Shown here: positions 1-10,927 of the stretch, piece after piece
How positions within the stretch are numbered: the first letter of the stretch is position 1
Layout of the letters: each line of letters begins with the position of its first letter
Origin: Acutalibacteraceae bacterium
GTDB lineage: Bacteria > Bacillota > Clostridia > Oscillospirales > Acutalibacteraceae
Assembly: GCA_045536245.1 (NCBI GenBank)
Contig: JAZSNE010000001.1
Span: forward strand, 36,789-100,788
Direction of reading: 5' to 3'
DNA length: 64,000 bases
The notes under the pieces: model-generated
Databases searched by the model: none
What the model was told of the DNA's origin: nothing
The model's input: only the letters and a program-made list of their open reading frames with translations
Position numbers and translations under genes: made by a program

Positions 1-1
1 A

Positions 2-1084
2 ACAAAGCTCGTCTGGGCAGAAGGATATTTCTGGGGCAAAGCAACGCAAAGAGCGTTTGACAATTTCTGGAAAAACGCCGAGTATAACGGCATTCCGCTG
101 CAAACATATTTCTGCAAAATGTGGCAGCACATAGCAGAACGATTCAAAGACCACCCTGCCCTTTTCGGCTTTGATATGCTCAACGAGCCTTTCCCCGGCA
201 CTGACGGCGGCAAGGTTTTCAGAAAGCTCATCGGCAACCTTGTTAAAACGGTTATCACGGATAAACGTTGCAACATCGGCTGGATGGCAAAGCAAATCAT
301 CACGGGCAACCCCATCCGTGTGCTTGAGCCTTTCAATGACCCTGATTTGTTCCGCAAGGTTACAAGCGCCGCAAACGGTCTGATTTATAAGTTTGACGTG
401 GGCCCGTATTCGCAGTTCATCAACAGAACGGCAAAGGCAATCAGAAACGTTACGGATAACGGCATAATGATAATGGAAAACAGCTATTATTCCAATATGG
501 GCATTCCTTACAGCACACCCGTTATCAACTATGACGGCGTGCGTGAAGAAAAGGTTTGCTTTGCGCCTCACGCATATGACCTGATGGTTGACACCCCTGC
601 TTATAAATACGCAAGCAATTCCAGAGTCGGCTCAATTTTTGACCAGCACAGAAAATCACAGCAGCGTCTTGACGTTCCCGTTATCGTTGGTGAATGGGGC
701 GGTCAGTCAGAAGGAACGGACTGGCTTTTCCACATCAACTTCCTTCTCGATAAATTTGACAAAAACCGTTGGAGCCAGACATATTGGGCATATTATGACG
801 GTCTGCTTGAAAACCCGATTATGGAAAGCCTTAACAGAACGGTGCCCGTTGCAATCTGCGGCGATATTATTGACTACACAACGGACCGTGAAAACGGCGT
901 TTTCACCCTTGAGTTTGAGCAGGACAAGGACTATGACGTTCCTTCGGAGGTGTTTGTTCACAAGGCATTTGCTTCAATCGAATGCAATGCGGAATATGAA
1001 CTTGAGGCTGTTGAAGGCACAGAAGCATCAATCCTTAAAATCAACGGTAAGCCCGGCAAAAACAGAGTTACCGTTAAATTTTAA
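2..1084 (+). CDS. GH5 glycoside hydrolase, endoglycoceramidase-like, with C-terminal beta-sandwich (5' truncated by window edge)
   Basis: Frame is open from base 2 (TKLVWAEGYFWGKATQRAFDNFWKN...). GH5 acid/base motif GFDMLNEP and nucleophile motif VIVGEWGG; AFDNFW is typical of EGCase-like GH5. Confidence 0.8.
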   Translation, partial: TKLVWAEGYFWGKATQRAFDNFWKNAEYNGIPLQTYFCKMWQHIAERFKDHPALFGFDMLNEPFPGTDGGKVFRKLIGNLVKTVITDKRCNIGWMAKQIITGNPIRVLEPFNDPDLFRKVTSAANGLIYKFDVGPYSQFINRTAKAIRNVTDNGIMIMENSYYSNMGIPYSTPVINYDGVREEKVCFAPHAYDLMVDTPAYKYASNSRVGSIFDQHRKSQQRLDVPVIVGEWGGQSEGTDWLFHINFLLDKFDKNRWSQTYWAYYDGLLENPIMESLNRTVPVAICGDIIDYTTDRENGVFTLEFEQDKDYDVPSEVFVHKAFASIECNAEYELEAVEGTEASILKINGKPGKNRVTVKF

Positions 1085-1093
1085 AAATCAAAA

Positions 1094-1118
1094 GCGGCAG
1101 GGCTGAAAACCCTGCCGC
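1094..1118. terminator. Intrinsic terminator hairpin between convergent GH5 and radC
   Basis: GCGGCAGGG-ctgaaaa-CCCTGCCGC, 9-bp stem. Confidence 0.75.
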
Positions 1119-1129
1119 ATTGATTGTGT

Positions 1130-1831
1130 TTATAGGAATAATTTCGAATATTTATATGACGTTGCAAACGAGAAAGTATCCGTGCCTGCAACAATGATAT
1201 GGTCAGCAAACTTTATTCCGACCTTTCTGAAAACAGTCATAAACTCGGTTGTAACGTCAACGTCATCTTTTGACGGTGCCGCTATTCCGTTCGGATGGTT
1301 ATGAGCCAGAACCACGGTATCAGCCTTGACCCTGAGAACCGTTTCAAGAATAGTTCTTTTGTCAAACATAACGGTTTCAGAAGTGCCCTCGCCCAGCTTG
1401 AAGCAATTAATCAGATTGCCCAGCGCATCAAGGCAAACAACACTTACAACCTCTTTCCTTTCGCCGTAATATTTGGATTTTATGTATTCAAGCATATCCT
1501 CCGGCTCCGAAAGATTGATTTTTTTGCCGTAGCCGCTTTCAATATACCGCCTGCATATGCCGGGAATAAGCGAAATCAGCAAAGCGGAGTTTTCACCAAC
1601 TCCCTCAACGTTCAGAAGCTGGTCATAGGTTGCGTTAAAAACACCGTTGAGCGAACCGAAGGCATTGAGCAGGCTGTGGGCAATTTCATTTGTATCTTTT
1701 CTGGGTATGGAATAAAAAAGCAAATATTCAAGCAGATTCACATCGGATATGCTGCCAACACCAGTTTTGCGAATTGTTTCACGCATCCTGGACCTGTGAT
1801 TTTTATGGATATTTTCTTTTGACTGACTCAC
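1130..1831 (-). CDS. radC: RadC family JAB-domain protein
   Basis: N-terminal HxNHRxRMR and HhH region (GVGENSA); JAB motif AHNHPNG...DHII. Confidence 0.93.
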   Translation of the reverse strand: MSQSKENIHKNHRSRMRETIRKTGVGSISDVNLLEYLLFYSIPRKDTNEIAHSLLNAFGSLNGVFNATYDQLLNVEGVGENSALLISLIPGICRRYIESGYGKKINLSEPEDMLEYIKSKYYGERKEVVSVVCLDALGNLINCFKLGEGTSETVMFDKRTILETVLRVKADTVVLAHNHPNGIAAPSKDDVDVTTEFMTVFRKVGIKFADHIIVAGTDTFSFATSYKYSKLFL

Positions 1832-1958
1832 TGCCTTATCTCTCCTTGCGTTGCTGCCAAAAGATATCTTTCTTTTTCAGCGGTTATCTTATATTATTGC
1901 ACAAACACATTGTTTTTTCAACCATATTTTATCTGCAATCTGAAACGGAGGTTGAATT

Positions 1959-2924
1959 TTGAAAAGCTTTTTAATTTCAAAGAACGATTCGGGACAAAGA
2001 CTTGATAAATTCATAACAAAAGCCGTGCCGAATCTGCCGCAATCGCTGATGTATAAGTATATCAGAATGAAAAGAATAAAAGTCAACGGCAAAAGGGGCG
2101 AAATTTCGCTCAAGCTGTGCGAAGGTGACACGGTTGATATGTATATCAACGACGAATTTTTTGCTCCTGCACCCGAGCATTATGATTTTCTTTCCGCTTC
2201 AAAAAAGCTCGACATTGTTTATGAAGACGAAAACATTATTTTGCTTGATAAAAAAGTCGGTCTGCTCTCTCACCCCGATGAAACGGAATATAACGACACC
2301 CTCATAACAAGGGTGAAGCGTTATCTTTTTGAAAAAGGAGAATACAACCCGAAAGACGAAAACTCATTCACGCCGTCGCTCGTAAACAGAATTGACCGCA
2401 ACACGGGCGGAATTGTTATTGCTGCAAAAAATGCAGAGAGTCTGAGAATTCTGAACCAAAAGCTCAAAGACAGAGAGCTTGAAAAGTTTTATCTTTGCGT
2501 TATCCACGGCAAGCTTGCAAAAAAGAAAGGCTTACTTGAAGGCTGGCTGATTAAAGATGAAAAGAAAAACAAAGTTTCCGTTTATACACAGCAAAAAAGC
2601 GGAGCAAAGCAGATACGCACAAAATACAGCGTTATTGCGGAAAACAAGAATCTGAGCCTTGTGGAGGTTGAGCTTCTCACAGGCAGAACCCACCAGATAA
2701 GAGCACATTTTGCAAGCATAGGTCATCCGCTTCTCGGTGACGGAAAATACGGCACAAACGAGCTCAATAAAGCTCACGGCGGTTATAAAAAACAGTTTTT
2801 ATATTCTTACCGCCTTAAATTCGCTTTTTCAACAGATGCAGGAATGCTCAATTATCTTAACGGCAAGAGCTTCGAAGCGCCGGAAATCTGGTTCAGAACA
2901 GAGTTTTTGAACGGTAAATTGTAA
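1959..2924 (+). CDS. RluA/RluC/RluD family 23S rRNA pseudouridine synthase (TTG start)
   Basis: S4 domain (GQRLDKF), catalytic NRIDRNTGG, TGRTHQIRAH, GHPLLGDGKYG. Confidence 0.93.
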   Translation: MKSFLISKNDSGQRLDKFITKAVPNLPQSLMYKYIRMKRIKVNGKRGEISLKLCEGDTVDMYINDEFFAPAPEHYDFLSASKKLDIVYEDENIILLDKKVGLLSHPDETEYNDTLITRVKRYLFEKGEYNPKDENSFTPSLVNRIDRNTGGIVIAAKNAESLRILNQKLKDRELEKFYLCVIHGKLAKKKGLLEGWLIKDEKKNKVSVYTQQKSGAKQIRTKYSVIAENKNLSLVEVELLTGRTHQIRAHFASIGHPLLGDGKYGTNELNKAHGGYKKQFLYSYRLKFAFSTDAGMLNYLNGKSFEAPEIWFRTEFLNGKL

Positions 2925-3052
2925 AGAATTATTGTTTATTACATAAAATTTATAAAAAAAGCTTGCTTATTTCATAAAAATAGTATAATATATATTCATT
3001 ATGCTGGTTTAATATCAGCTTTTAATTCACAGAAGAAAAGGATGAACACAAA

Positions 3053-4750
3053 ATGGCTAAAAACGAAAACGCCAAGAGCAAAGCCGAAATCTACCGTGAG
3101 GAACGAAAAGAAAGGTTAGCCAAGGCGGCAAAGAAAAACGCCAAAAACGTTAAAAACCGCACTCTTGCCATCGCTATCGCAAAGAAAGCTGTTGCAGTTC
3201 TTCTTATCGTTGCAGTTGTATGTGGCATCGGCTGGTTTATAGTTGACCACTTCGGCATCAACAAAAAGTTAGCAACCGCCGTAACCGTTGGTGAAGAAAA
3301 AATCAACGTTGCACAGTATGAATACTATTATTCGATGGCTTACCAGTATTTCCAGCAGATGGAATCCAGCTACCAGCAGCAGGGTATGTCAATGGGCTTC
3401 CCGCTTGACAAATCACCTGACGAAGTTTCCACCGGCCAGAAAGACGCTGCAGGCAACGAAATGTTTTATGACCAGGTAATCGCTGACTACGCCGCAAACC
3501 TTGCTTTCCAGCAGCTTGCACTTTACACAGAGGCAAAGAAGGCCGGTTACACCATCAACGCTGATGAGCAGAAGCAGATTGACGAAGCTGTCGCTTCCAT
3601 CAACGAGCAGGCTGAAGCAAACGGCTATTCACTCAATGCCTTCATCAGAGAAAACTACTCCAGAGGTCTTAACGAAAAAGGTCTGCGCGAGCTTCTTGAG
3701 ATGGAACTTGTTGCTTCACGCTACAATGAAGATTTTGAAACCAAAGCTCACGAAAGCATTACAAAAGAGCAGATTGACGCTGAATACAAAGCAAACCCCA
3801 ACACTTATAATTATGTCAACATCCGTTACTATTCAGTTACCCTTCCCTCTGTAACAATTGCTGCTTCTGAAACAGAAGAAGAATTTGCAAAGAGAAAAGA
3901 AGAAGTTCAGAAGAACGCTATTGCTGAAGCTCAGGCTATCTTTGACAAAGTAACAGACGCAGAATCACTCAAGGCTGCTGCTCTTGAACATAAGAATAAG
4001 GACCTCAAGGAAGGCACAAAGCCCGCTGAAGGCGACATCACAGTTGTTAACAAGGGCGTTACTCACAACACACTCAAGACCAGCCTTTCAGAAGAAGCTG
4101 CAAACTGGATTTTTGCTGCTGAACGCAAAGCAGGCGAAAAGAAAATGTTTACAACCGACAAGGCTGCTTACATTGTTATTGTTGAAGCTCCCGCATTTGC
4201 AGGCAACAGCGTTGACGTTCGCCACTGCCTGATTAAGTTTGACGTTAAGGAAAACGAAAAGCCCACAGACGAGCAGAAGAAAGCTGCTTATGAAGAAGCC
4301 GAAAAGGTCAGAAAAGAATGGGTTTCTGCCGGCGGAACAGAAGAAGCTTTCATCGAAATCGTTAAAAAGTATAACGAAGACACCGCTTCAACAGCTAACG
4401 GCGGTCTTTACGAAGACGTAAGACACAACTCAAATTATATGGAAAGCTTCAAATTCTGGGCAGTTGACGCTGCAAGAAAAGAAGGCGACTGCGAAATCGT
4501 TGAAACCGATTACGGTTACCACATTATGTATTTCGTAAAGAACAACGGCCCCGATTGGGAACTCACCGCACGCGAAAAGCTTCAGCAGGAAGCATATAGC
4601 GACGCTTTTGAAGCTCTGCTCGGTGAAAACGGCTCATACAAGATGGAAAAGAACGATAAAAACATCGCCAAAGCAAGCAAGTCATTCTGCAAAAAGCTTA
4701 AGAACAGACTTGCACAGCAGTCATCACAGCAGAACACAGTCACTCTTTAA
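3053..4750 (+). CDS. Membrane-anchored parvulin-type peptidyl-prolyl isomerase (PrsA/SurA-like foldase)
   Basis: Basic N-terminus plus one TM helix, SurA-like N domain, PpiC motifs VRHCLI, NEDTAS..NGGLY, ETDYGYHIM. Confidence 0.85.
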   Translation: MAKNENAKSKAEIYREERKERLAKAAKKNAKNVKNRTLAIAIAKKAVAVLLIVAVVCGIGWFIVDHFGINKKLATAVTVGEEKINVAQYEYYYSMAYQYFQQMESSYQQQGMSMGFPLDKSPDEVSTGQKDAAGNEMFYDQVIADYAANLAFQQLALYTEAKKAGYTINADEQKQIDEAVASINEQAEANGYSLNAFIRENYSRGLNEKGLRELLEMELVASRYNEDFETKAHESITKEQIDAEYKANPNTYNYVNIRYYSVTLPSVTIAASETEEEFAKRKEEVQKNAIAEAQAIFDKVTDAESLKAAALEHKNKDLKEGTKPAEGDITVVNKGVTHNTLKTSLSEEAANWIFAAERKAGEKKMFTTDKAAYIVIVEAPAFAGNSVDVRHCLIKFDVKENEKPTDEQKKAAYEEAEKVRKEWVSAGGTEEAFIEIVKKYNEDTASTANGGLYEDVRHNSNYMESFKFWAVDAARKEGDCEIVETDYGYHIMYFVKNNGPDWELTAREKLQQEAYSDAFEALLGENGSYKMEKNDKNIAKASKSFCKKLKNRLAQQSSQQNTVTL

Positions 4751-4794
4751 CATCAAGCTGACGGGTGATTAAGCAAAAAACAAATGATAAAGAC

Positions 4795-4826
4795 AGCAGG
4801 CCCGCACCAAACGGTGCGAGCCTGCT
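4795..4826. terminator. Bidirectional terminator hairpin
   Basis: AGCAGGC-CCGCACC-aaac-GGTGCG-AGCCTGCT between convergent genes. Confidence 0.7.
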
Positions 4827-4858
4827 TTTCTGTTTCTATGTAAGAACAAACGCTTTTA

Positions 4859-5692
4859 TTATGGCAGCAGAGTTTTTTCAAGATAACTCATCCACGCGGA
4901 GGAATATTTTTTGTTCAGGTGAATGCCGTCACTTGCCGCACCGTCAATAAGATTTCCCTGAGCATCAAGCAAGCACTGCGGCACATCAATATAATCAACG
5001 TTATTGTCCTCGGCAAGCTGCTTTATTCCGGCGTTCATTTCAGAAATAGTTTTATTATTGCAGCCACATTCATTTTTGGCAGAAGCTTCGGAGCTGACAG
5101 GGATAATTGAGTGCAGATAAATCTTTGCATCCGGCTGTTTAGCTTTAACCGCATCAATTACCTCAGCGTATTTTTTGATAAAATAATCACGGTTCGGCCA
5201 GCCTGTTTCGTTCTCGCCAAACAATAAAACAACAGCATCAAAGGCTTTGCCGTCAAGCTCGTTGATAACCGCAACATCGCTGCCGCTGACGTGCTTAGTA
5301 AACACGGTTCTGACATCAAGGCCGACAACGGGATAAACGTTCGGCGCAAGGCCGTAATCTTTGAGCGAAATAAATCTGGAATTGCCCATAAAAGCGATGT
5401 TATCGAAGCTTGAAAATTCAGCCTTCTGCGTTGTTTCTGTTTTTGCAGCTGAAGTCTGCGCAGACGTTTCAGCCGCAGTCAAAGCGGAAGTTGTTTCTTT
5501 GTGAGCAACCTCAGCCGATGTTTTTTGCGCATACGTTAAGGCTGTGCTGTTTGTTGTGCCGATTGTTACGCTTTCCGTTTTATCCTCAATTTCAGCTCCG
5601 CCGCCAAAAAGACTGACAGTGAGCACCCCGATAACCGCAACAGCTGCCGCTGAAACCGCAAAAAGCGCTATTCTGTTTTTCACGAAATTCAC
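4859..5692 (-). CDS. Membrane-anchored SGNH/GDSL hydrolase with Thr/Ala-rich linker
   Basis: N-terminal TM, low-complexity T/A/S linker, block I FMGNSR, block III LFGENE, block V DGIHLN. Confidence 0.8.
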   Translation of the reverse strand: MNFVKNRIALFAVSAAAVAVIGVLTVSLFGGGAEIEDKTESVTIGTTNSTALTYAQKTSAEVAHKETTSALTAAETSAQTSAAKTETTQKAEFSSFDNIAFMGNSRFISLKDYGLAPNVYPVVGLDVRTVFTKHVSGSDVAVINELDGKAFDAVVLLFGENETGWPNRDYFIKKYAEVIDAVKAKQPDAKIYLHSIIPVSSEASAKNECGCNNKTISEMNAGIKQLAEDNNVDYIDVPQCLLDAQGNLIDGAASDGIHLNKKYSSAWMSYLEKTLLP

Positions 5693-5716
5693 CTTGATTC
5701 ATTGGATTGCGACTTG

Positions 5717-5772
5717 ATTATAACACACAATCCGCGAAAAGCCAAATTACAGTTCAGTTACAAACAATTACA
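5717..5772 (-). promoter_or_regulatory. Promoter of SGNH gene with OmpR/WalR-like TGTAA direct repeats abutting the -35
   Basis: Minus strand: TGTAAT-n4-TGTAAC-n5-TGTAAT (5772-5746), weak -35 TTGGCT, 17 bp, extended -10 TGtTATAAT. Confidence 0.5.
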
Positions 5773-5888
5773 AAATAAAACCGTAAATTACAATTTGTAA
5801 TCATTATTTACAATCAAAAAAATCAGCACTTTGCAAGCGAATAATCTGCCTGCAAAATGCTGACCGAAGCGCCTTTGCGCTTGCTCTG

Positions 5889-8711
5889 TTATAACATTTT
5901 CTTCAGATAGTGGCCCGTATAGGACTTGGGATTTGCCGCAACCTCTTCCGGAGTACCCTCGGCAACAATTTCGCCGCCGCCGTTACCTCCTTCGGGACCA
6001 AGGTCGATAATATGGTCAGCAACCTTGATTACGTCAAGGTTATGCTCAATCACAAGAACCGTGTTGCCTGAATCCACAAACCGCTGCAAAACGTCAATCA
6101 GCCTGTGTACATCGGCTGTATGCAGGCCTGTTGTGGGCTCATCAAGAATATAAATCGTTTTGCCTGTTGAATGCTTTGCAAGCTCGGTTGCAAGCTTGAC
6201 TCTTTGTGCCTCACCGCCCGAAAGAGTTGTTGCAGGCTGACCTATTTTAACGTAACCCAGACCCACATCGTAAAGAGTTTTCATTTTGCGGTGAATTTTA
6301 GGGATACTTTCAAAGAAATTCATCCCCTCTTCAACCGTCATTTCAAGAATATCGTGGATATTCTTGCCCTTATAACGCACCTCAAGGGTTTCGTTGTTAT
6401 ATCGCTGACCCTTACAAACTTCACACGGCACATAGATATCGGCAAGGAAATGCATTTCAATTTTTACTATACCGTCACCCTGGCAAGCTTCGCATCTGCC
6501 GCCTTTGACATTGAACGAAAAGCGGTTAGCCTTGTAGCCTTTCTTCTTTGAATCAACGGTTGATGCAAAAAGCTCTCTGATATCATTGAACACTCCCGTA
6601 TAAGTTGCAGGGTTTGAACGGGGTGTTCTGCCGATGGGTGACTGGTCGATGTTGATAACCTTATCAAGATGCTCAATGCCGCTGATGCCGTCATGCTTGC
6701 CGGCAATTTTTTTGGCGTTATTAAGCTCTGTTGCAAGGCGTTTATTGAGTATTTCGTTAATAAGCGAGGATTTGCCGCTGCCCGAAACACCCGTAACACA
6801 AATGAACTTGCCCAGAGGAAACTCAACATCAATATTTTTGAGGTTATTTTCTCTTGCGCCGTGAACAACAAGCTTTTTGCCGTTACCATCTCTGCGTTTT
6901 TCGGGAACGGGAATAAACTTTTTGCCGCTGAGGTAATGACCGGTAACGGAATTCTCGCACGCAATAATATCGTCAAGCGTACCGCAGGCAACAATCTCGC
7001 CGCCGTGAATACCTGCACCCGGTCCGACGTCAACAATGTAATCTGCAGCACGCATTGTATCCTCATCGTGCTCAACAACAATCAGAGTGTTGCCGATATC
7101 ACGCAGGCGGCGGAGGGTTGCAATCAGCTTCTCGTTATCTCGCTGATGCAGACCGATGCTCGGCTCATCAAGGATATACAGCACGCCCATAAGCGACGAG
7201 CCTATCTGCGTGGCAAGGCGGATACGCTGAGCCTCACCGCCCGAAAGAGTGGCTGAAGAACGGGAAAGAGAAAGATAATCAAGGCCGACGCTTGAGAGAA
7301 AATGAAGCCTGCTTCTGATTTCTTTGATTATCATACAGGCAATCATCTTTTCACGCTCGGTGAGAACAAGAGAATCAATAAACTCAATTTCTTCGTTGAT
7401 TGATTTATGAACAAATTCGTTTATATTTATGCCGCCAACCGTTACGCAAAGCGACTCTTTGCGCAGCCTTGCGCCTCCGCATTCGGGGCATTCGTCATTG
7501 GTCATATAACTCTCAATCTCGTTGCGGGAATATTCACTCGTTGTTTCTTTATAGCGTCTTTCAAGGTTATTGATTACGCCCTCGAAATCTGTCATATAAG
7601 TGCCCGAACCGTATTCGCTTTTACGCTCAAGCTTTATTTTTTCACCCTTTGTGCCATAGAAAATAACGTCTTTTGCTTTCTTGGAAAGTTTATCAAACGG
7701 AGTGTCAAGTGAAAAATCATAGGCATTTGCAAGACCTTCAAAATACATATGAGCAATTGTTCCGCCGTCAGCTTTGCCCCAACCGCTTGCTTTTATAGCT
7801 CCGTCGTTAATAGAAAGACTGCCGTCGGGAACGATGAGCTTGGGGTCGATATGCATAAACACGCCGAGTCCGAGGCACTTGGGACACGCACCGAAAGGAT
7901 TATTGAACGAAAACGAGCGTGGTTCAAGTTCCTCAATGCTCACACCGTGTTCGGGACAGGCATAATTGAGCGAAAAGAGCAGCTCCTCACCGCCGATAAC
8001 GTCAACCATAAGCAGACCGTCCGTAAGGCCGACAGCCGTTTCAATTGAATCAGCAAGCCTTGAACGGATACCGTCTTTGATAACAAGGCGGTCAACGATA
8101 ACCTCGATGTTGTGCTTGATGTTTTTATCAAGCTTTATTTCCTCCGAGAGGTCATAGGTTATTGAATCAATTCTGACCCTTGCATAGCCGTCCTTGCGTA
8201 TTCTTTCAAGTTCTTTTACATATTCGCCCTTTTTGCCTCTTGCAACGGGCGCCATAATCTGAATTCTTGTGCCTTCTTCAAGCTCAAGAACCTGTTTTGT
8301 TATGTCATCAACCGTCTGCCTTGCAATTTCTCTGCCGCATTCGGGGCAGTGAGGAATGCCGATTCGGGCATAAAGCAGACGAAGATAGTCATAAATCTCC
8401 GTAACCGTGCCGACGGTTGAACGGGGATTTTTTGACGTTGTTTTCTGGTCGATTGAAATTGCGGGCGAAAGACCCTCAATGCTTTCAACGGCAGGCTTTT
8501 CCATCTGACCGAGAAACTGCCTTGCATAAGACGAAAGGGACTCAACATATCTGCGCTGACCTTCCGCATATATTGTGTCAAATGCGAGCGAGGATTTGCC
8601 GCTGCCCGAAAGACCTGTGAAAACAACAAGCTTATCCCTGGGAATCGTTATATCAACGTTTTTGAGGTTATGCTCCCTTGCTCCTTTGACCGTAAGGTTT
8701 TTTATTGCCAT
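5889..8711 (-). CDS. uvrA: Excinuclease ABC subunit A
   Basis: GAREHNLKN, two Walker A motifs ([16 protein letters not shown]), Zn-finger CxxC motifs, LSGGEAQR twice; start set to MAIKNL. Confidence 0.99.
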   Translation of the reverse strand: MAIKNLTVKGAREHNLKNVDITIPRDKLVVFTGLSGSGKSSLAFDTIYAEGQRRYVESLSSYARQFLGQMEKPAVESIEGLSPAISIDQKTTSKNPRSTVGTVTEIYDYLRLLYARIGIPHCPECGREIARQTVDDITKQVLELEEGTRIQIMAPVARGKKGEYVKELERIRKDGYARVRIDSITYDLSEEIKLDKNIKHNIEVIVDRLVIKDGIRSRLADSIETAVGLTDGLLMVDVIGGEELLFSLNYACPEHGVSIEELEPRSFSFNNPFGACPKCLGLGVFMHIDPKLIVPDGSLSINDGAIKASGWGKADGGTIAHMYFEGLANAYDFSLDTPFDKLSKKAKDVIFYGTKGEKIKLERKSEYGSGTYMTDFEGVINNLERRYKETTSEYSRNEIESYMTNDECPECGGARLRKESLCVTVGGININEFVHKSINEEIEFIDSLVLTEREKMIACMIIKEIRSRLHFLSSVGLDYLSLSRSSATLSGGEAQRIRLATQIGSSLMGVLYILDEPSIGLHQRDNEKLIATLRRLRDIGNTLIVVEHDEDTMRAADYIVDVGPGAGIHGGEIVACGTLDDIIACENSVTGHYLSGKKFIPVPEKRRDGNGKKLVVHGARENNLKNIDVEFPLGKFICVTGVSGSGKSSLINEILNKRLATELNNAKKIAGKHDGISGIEHLDKVINIDQSPIGRTPRSNPATYTGVFNDIRELFASTVDSKKKGYKANRFSFNVKGGRCEACQGDGIVKIEMHFLADIYVPCEVCKGQRYNNETLEVRYKGKNIHDILEMTVEEGMNFFESIPKIHRKMKTLYDVGLGYVKIGQPATTLSGGEAQRVKLATELAKHSTGKTIYILDEPTTGLHTADVHRLIDVLQRFVDSGNTVLVIEHNLDVIKVADHIIDLGPEGGNGGGEIVAEGTPEEVAANPKSYTGHYLKKML

Positions 8712-8712
8712 T

Positions 8713-10671
8713 TTATTTACCTCTTCTGAGCTTTTCAATTCTGTCACGCAGGTATGCGGCGTGTTCGAATTCAAGTATCTTTGCCGCCGCCTTCATCTCT
8801 GCCGTGAGCTTGATTATCATCTGCTCTCTTTCTTTCTTGCTCATCTTGGAAATTGATTTTTCTTCATCGGATTTTGCAGAAATTTCGATTATCTCACGAA
8901 CGTCCTTGACGATTGTTTTTGGCGTTATGCCGTGTTCTTCGTTATATTTCATCTGCTTTTCACGGCGGCGGTTGGTTTCGGTTATTGCCCTTTCCATTGA
9001 GGGCGTAACGGTATCGGCATACATAATAACAGTGCCTTCTGCGTTTCTTGCCGCTCTGCCGATTGTCTGGATAAGCGAAGTTTCAGAGCGCAGAAAGCCC
9101 TCTTTGTCTGCATCAAGAATGGCAACGAGCGAAACCTCGGGGATATCAAGACCTTCACGCAGCAGGTTGATGCCGATTAACACATCAAAATCACCCAGAC
9201 GCAGACCTCTGATAATCTCCATTCTTTCTATAGTGTCAATATCGTGGTGCATATAACGCACCTTTATATCAAGGTTTTCAAGGTAATCCGTCAAATCCTC
9301 CGCCATTCGCTTGGTGAGGGTTGTAACAAGCACCCTCTCACCCTTTGCCGTGCGGATATTGATTTCTGACACAAGGTCATCAATCTGGCCTTCAACAGGT
9401 CTGACGGAAATCTCGGGGTCGAGCAGACCCGTTGGTCTGATAACCTGCTCGGCAACCTGAGCGCTCTTGCTTTTTTCAAGCTCACCGGGAGTTGCGCTCA
9501 CAAAAATCTTCTGACCCGTTCTTTCATAAAATTCATCAAACGTAAGCGGTCTGTTATCATAAGCAGAAGGCAGACGGAAGCCGAATTCTATCAGGCTGTC
9601 CTTGCGTGCTTTGTCGCCGCCGTACATTGCTCTGACCTGCGGCAGAGTAACGTGAGATTCATCAACAAACAACAGAAAATCATCAGGGAAATAATTGAGA
9701 AGCGTAAAAGGAGCGCTGCCGGGTTCTCTGCCCGACATAACTCTTGAATAGTTTTCAATGCCCTTGCAGAAGCCCGTTTCACGGAGCATTTCGATATCGT
9801 ATTCGGTGCGCTGCCTTATGCGCTGCGCCTCAAGCAATTTGCCCTCTTTTTCAAACTGCGCAACTCTTTCAAGCATTTCGCCGTAGATAAGACTGATTGA
9901 TTTTTCCATTTTATCGGCGGAAATAACGTAGTGCGACGCAGGGTAAATCGCAACGTGCGAAACAACACTTTTGACCTGACCTGTGAGTGCGTTTATCTCG
10001 CTTATCCTGTCAATTTCGTCGCCGAAAAACTCAATTCTGTAAGCATTTTCGTTTGAATAAACAGGAAAAATTTCAACAACATCTCCCCTGACCCTGAATT
10101 TGTTGCGGCTGAAATCAATATCATTGCGCTCATACTGGATTGAAACAAGCTTTTCGATAAGCTCATCACGGCTTTTTTCCATACCCGTTCGCAGCGAAAT
10201 AACCATACTGCGGTAATCAATCGGGTCGCCCAGAGTGTAAATACAAGAAACGCTGGCAACAATAATTACGTCTCGGCGTTCAGAAAGAGCAGACGTTGCC
10301 GAGTGGCGGAGTTTATCAATTTCATCATTGACGGCGGAATCCTTTTCGATGTAGGTATCCGTTGTGGGAATGTAAGCCTCGGGCTGGTAGTAATCGTAAT
10401 AAGACACAAAATATTCAACCGCATTCTCGGGGAAGAATTCACGGAATTCACTGCAAAGCTGAGCAGCAAGCGTTTTGTTATGAGCCAAAACAAGAGTGGG
10501 TCTGTTAGCCTGTGCAATTACGTTTGCCATTGTGAAGGTTTTGCCCGAACCCGTAACGCCGAGCAAAGTCTGCTCCGCATAGCCTTTATTAAGACCGTCA
10601 ACAAGCTCCGTTATAGCCTGCGGCTGGTCACCCGTCGGCTGATAAGGCGCAACCAATTTAAACTTTTCCAC
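8713..10671 (-). CDS. uvrB: Excinuclease ABC subunit B (GTG start)
   Basis: [35 protein letters not shown]-terminal UVR domain FEHAAYLRD. Confidence 0.99.
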   Translation of the reverse strand: MEKFKLVAPYQPTGDQPQAITELVDGLNKGYAEQTLLGVTGSGKTFTMANVIAQANRPTLVLAHNKTLAAQLCSEFREFFPENAVEYFVSYYDYYQPEAYIPTTDTYIEKDSAVNDEIDKLRHSATSALSERRDVIIVASVSCIYTLGDPIDYRSMVISLRTGMEKSRDELIEKLVSIQYERNDIDFSRNKFRVRGDVVEIFPVYSNENAYRIEFFGDEIDRISEINALTGQVKSVVSHVAIYPASHYVISADKMEKSISLIYGEMLERVAQFEKEGKLLEAQRIRQRTEYDIEMLRETGFCKGIENYSRVMSGREPGSAPFTLLNYFPDDFLLFVDESHVTLPQVRAMYGGDKARKDSLIEFGFRLPSAYDNRPLTFDEFYERTGQKIFVSATPGELEKSKSAQVAEQVIRPTGLLDPEISVRPVEGQIDDLVSEINIRTAKGERVLVTTLTKRMAEDLTDYLENLDIKVRYMHHDIDTIERMEIIRGLRLGDFDVLIGINLLREGLDIPEVSLVAILDADKEGFLRSETSLIQTIGRAARNAEGTVIMYADTVTPSMERAITETNRRREKQMKYNEEHGITPKTIVKDVREIIEISAKSDEEKSISKMSKKEREQMIIKLTAEMKAAAKILEFEHAAYLRDRIEKLRRGK

Positions 10672-10694
10672 AGCAAAACCTCCTTTTTCATCAT

Positions 10695-10740
10695 AAACAA
10701 ATGTTCACTTTATTATATTACATTATATTTTAAATGTAAA
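10695..10740 (-). promoter_or_regulatory. uvrBA promoter with LexA (Cheo-type) box at the start site
   Basis: TTTACA-17-TATAAT (10740-10712). AAAC-aaat-GTTC at 10695-10706 is one mismatch from the Firmicutes GAAC-N4-GTTC SOS box. Confidence 0.65.
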
Positions 10741-10833
10741 GACCAAAAAAGATTTTTCTTGTTTCATTTTAAACACACGATGTATTGTTCCGTCACACTA
10801 CATAAATATTACACTATTGTAACCTTTATTTGT

Positions 10834-10862
10834 TTGACATTTTCAACAAAAGATGGTATTAT
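10834..10862 (+). promoter_or_regulatory. Sigma-A promoter of rmlA-rmlC
   Basis: TTGACA-17-TATTAT with extended -10 TG. Confidence 0.7.
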
Positions 10863-10927
10863 ATGCAAAGGTGTAAAACATTGTCAATTATCATTATACT
10901 GCTTTATTATGAAATGGAGTGTGTTTG

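Noticed and set aside
1130-1831. radC as a marker of an ICE or prophage
   Set aside because: It is the full-length HhH-containing chromosomal form, has core-like composition, and has no mobile neighbours.
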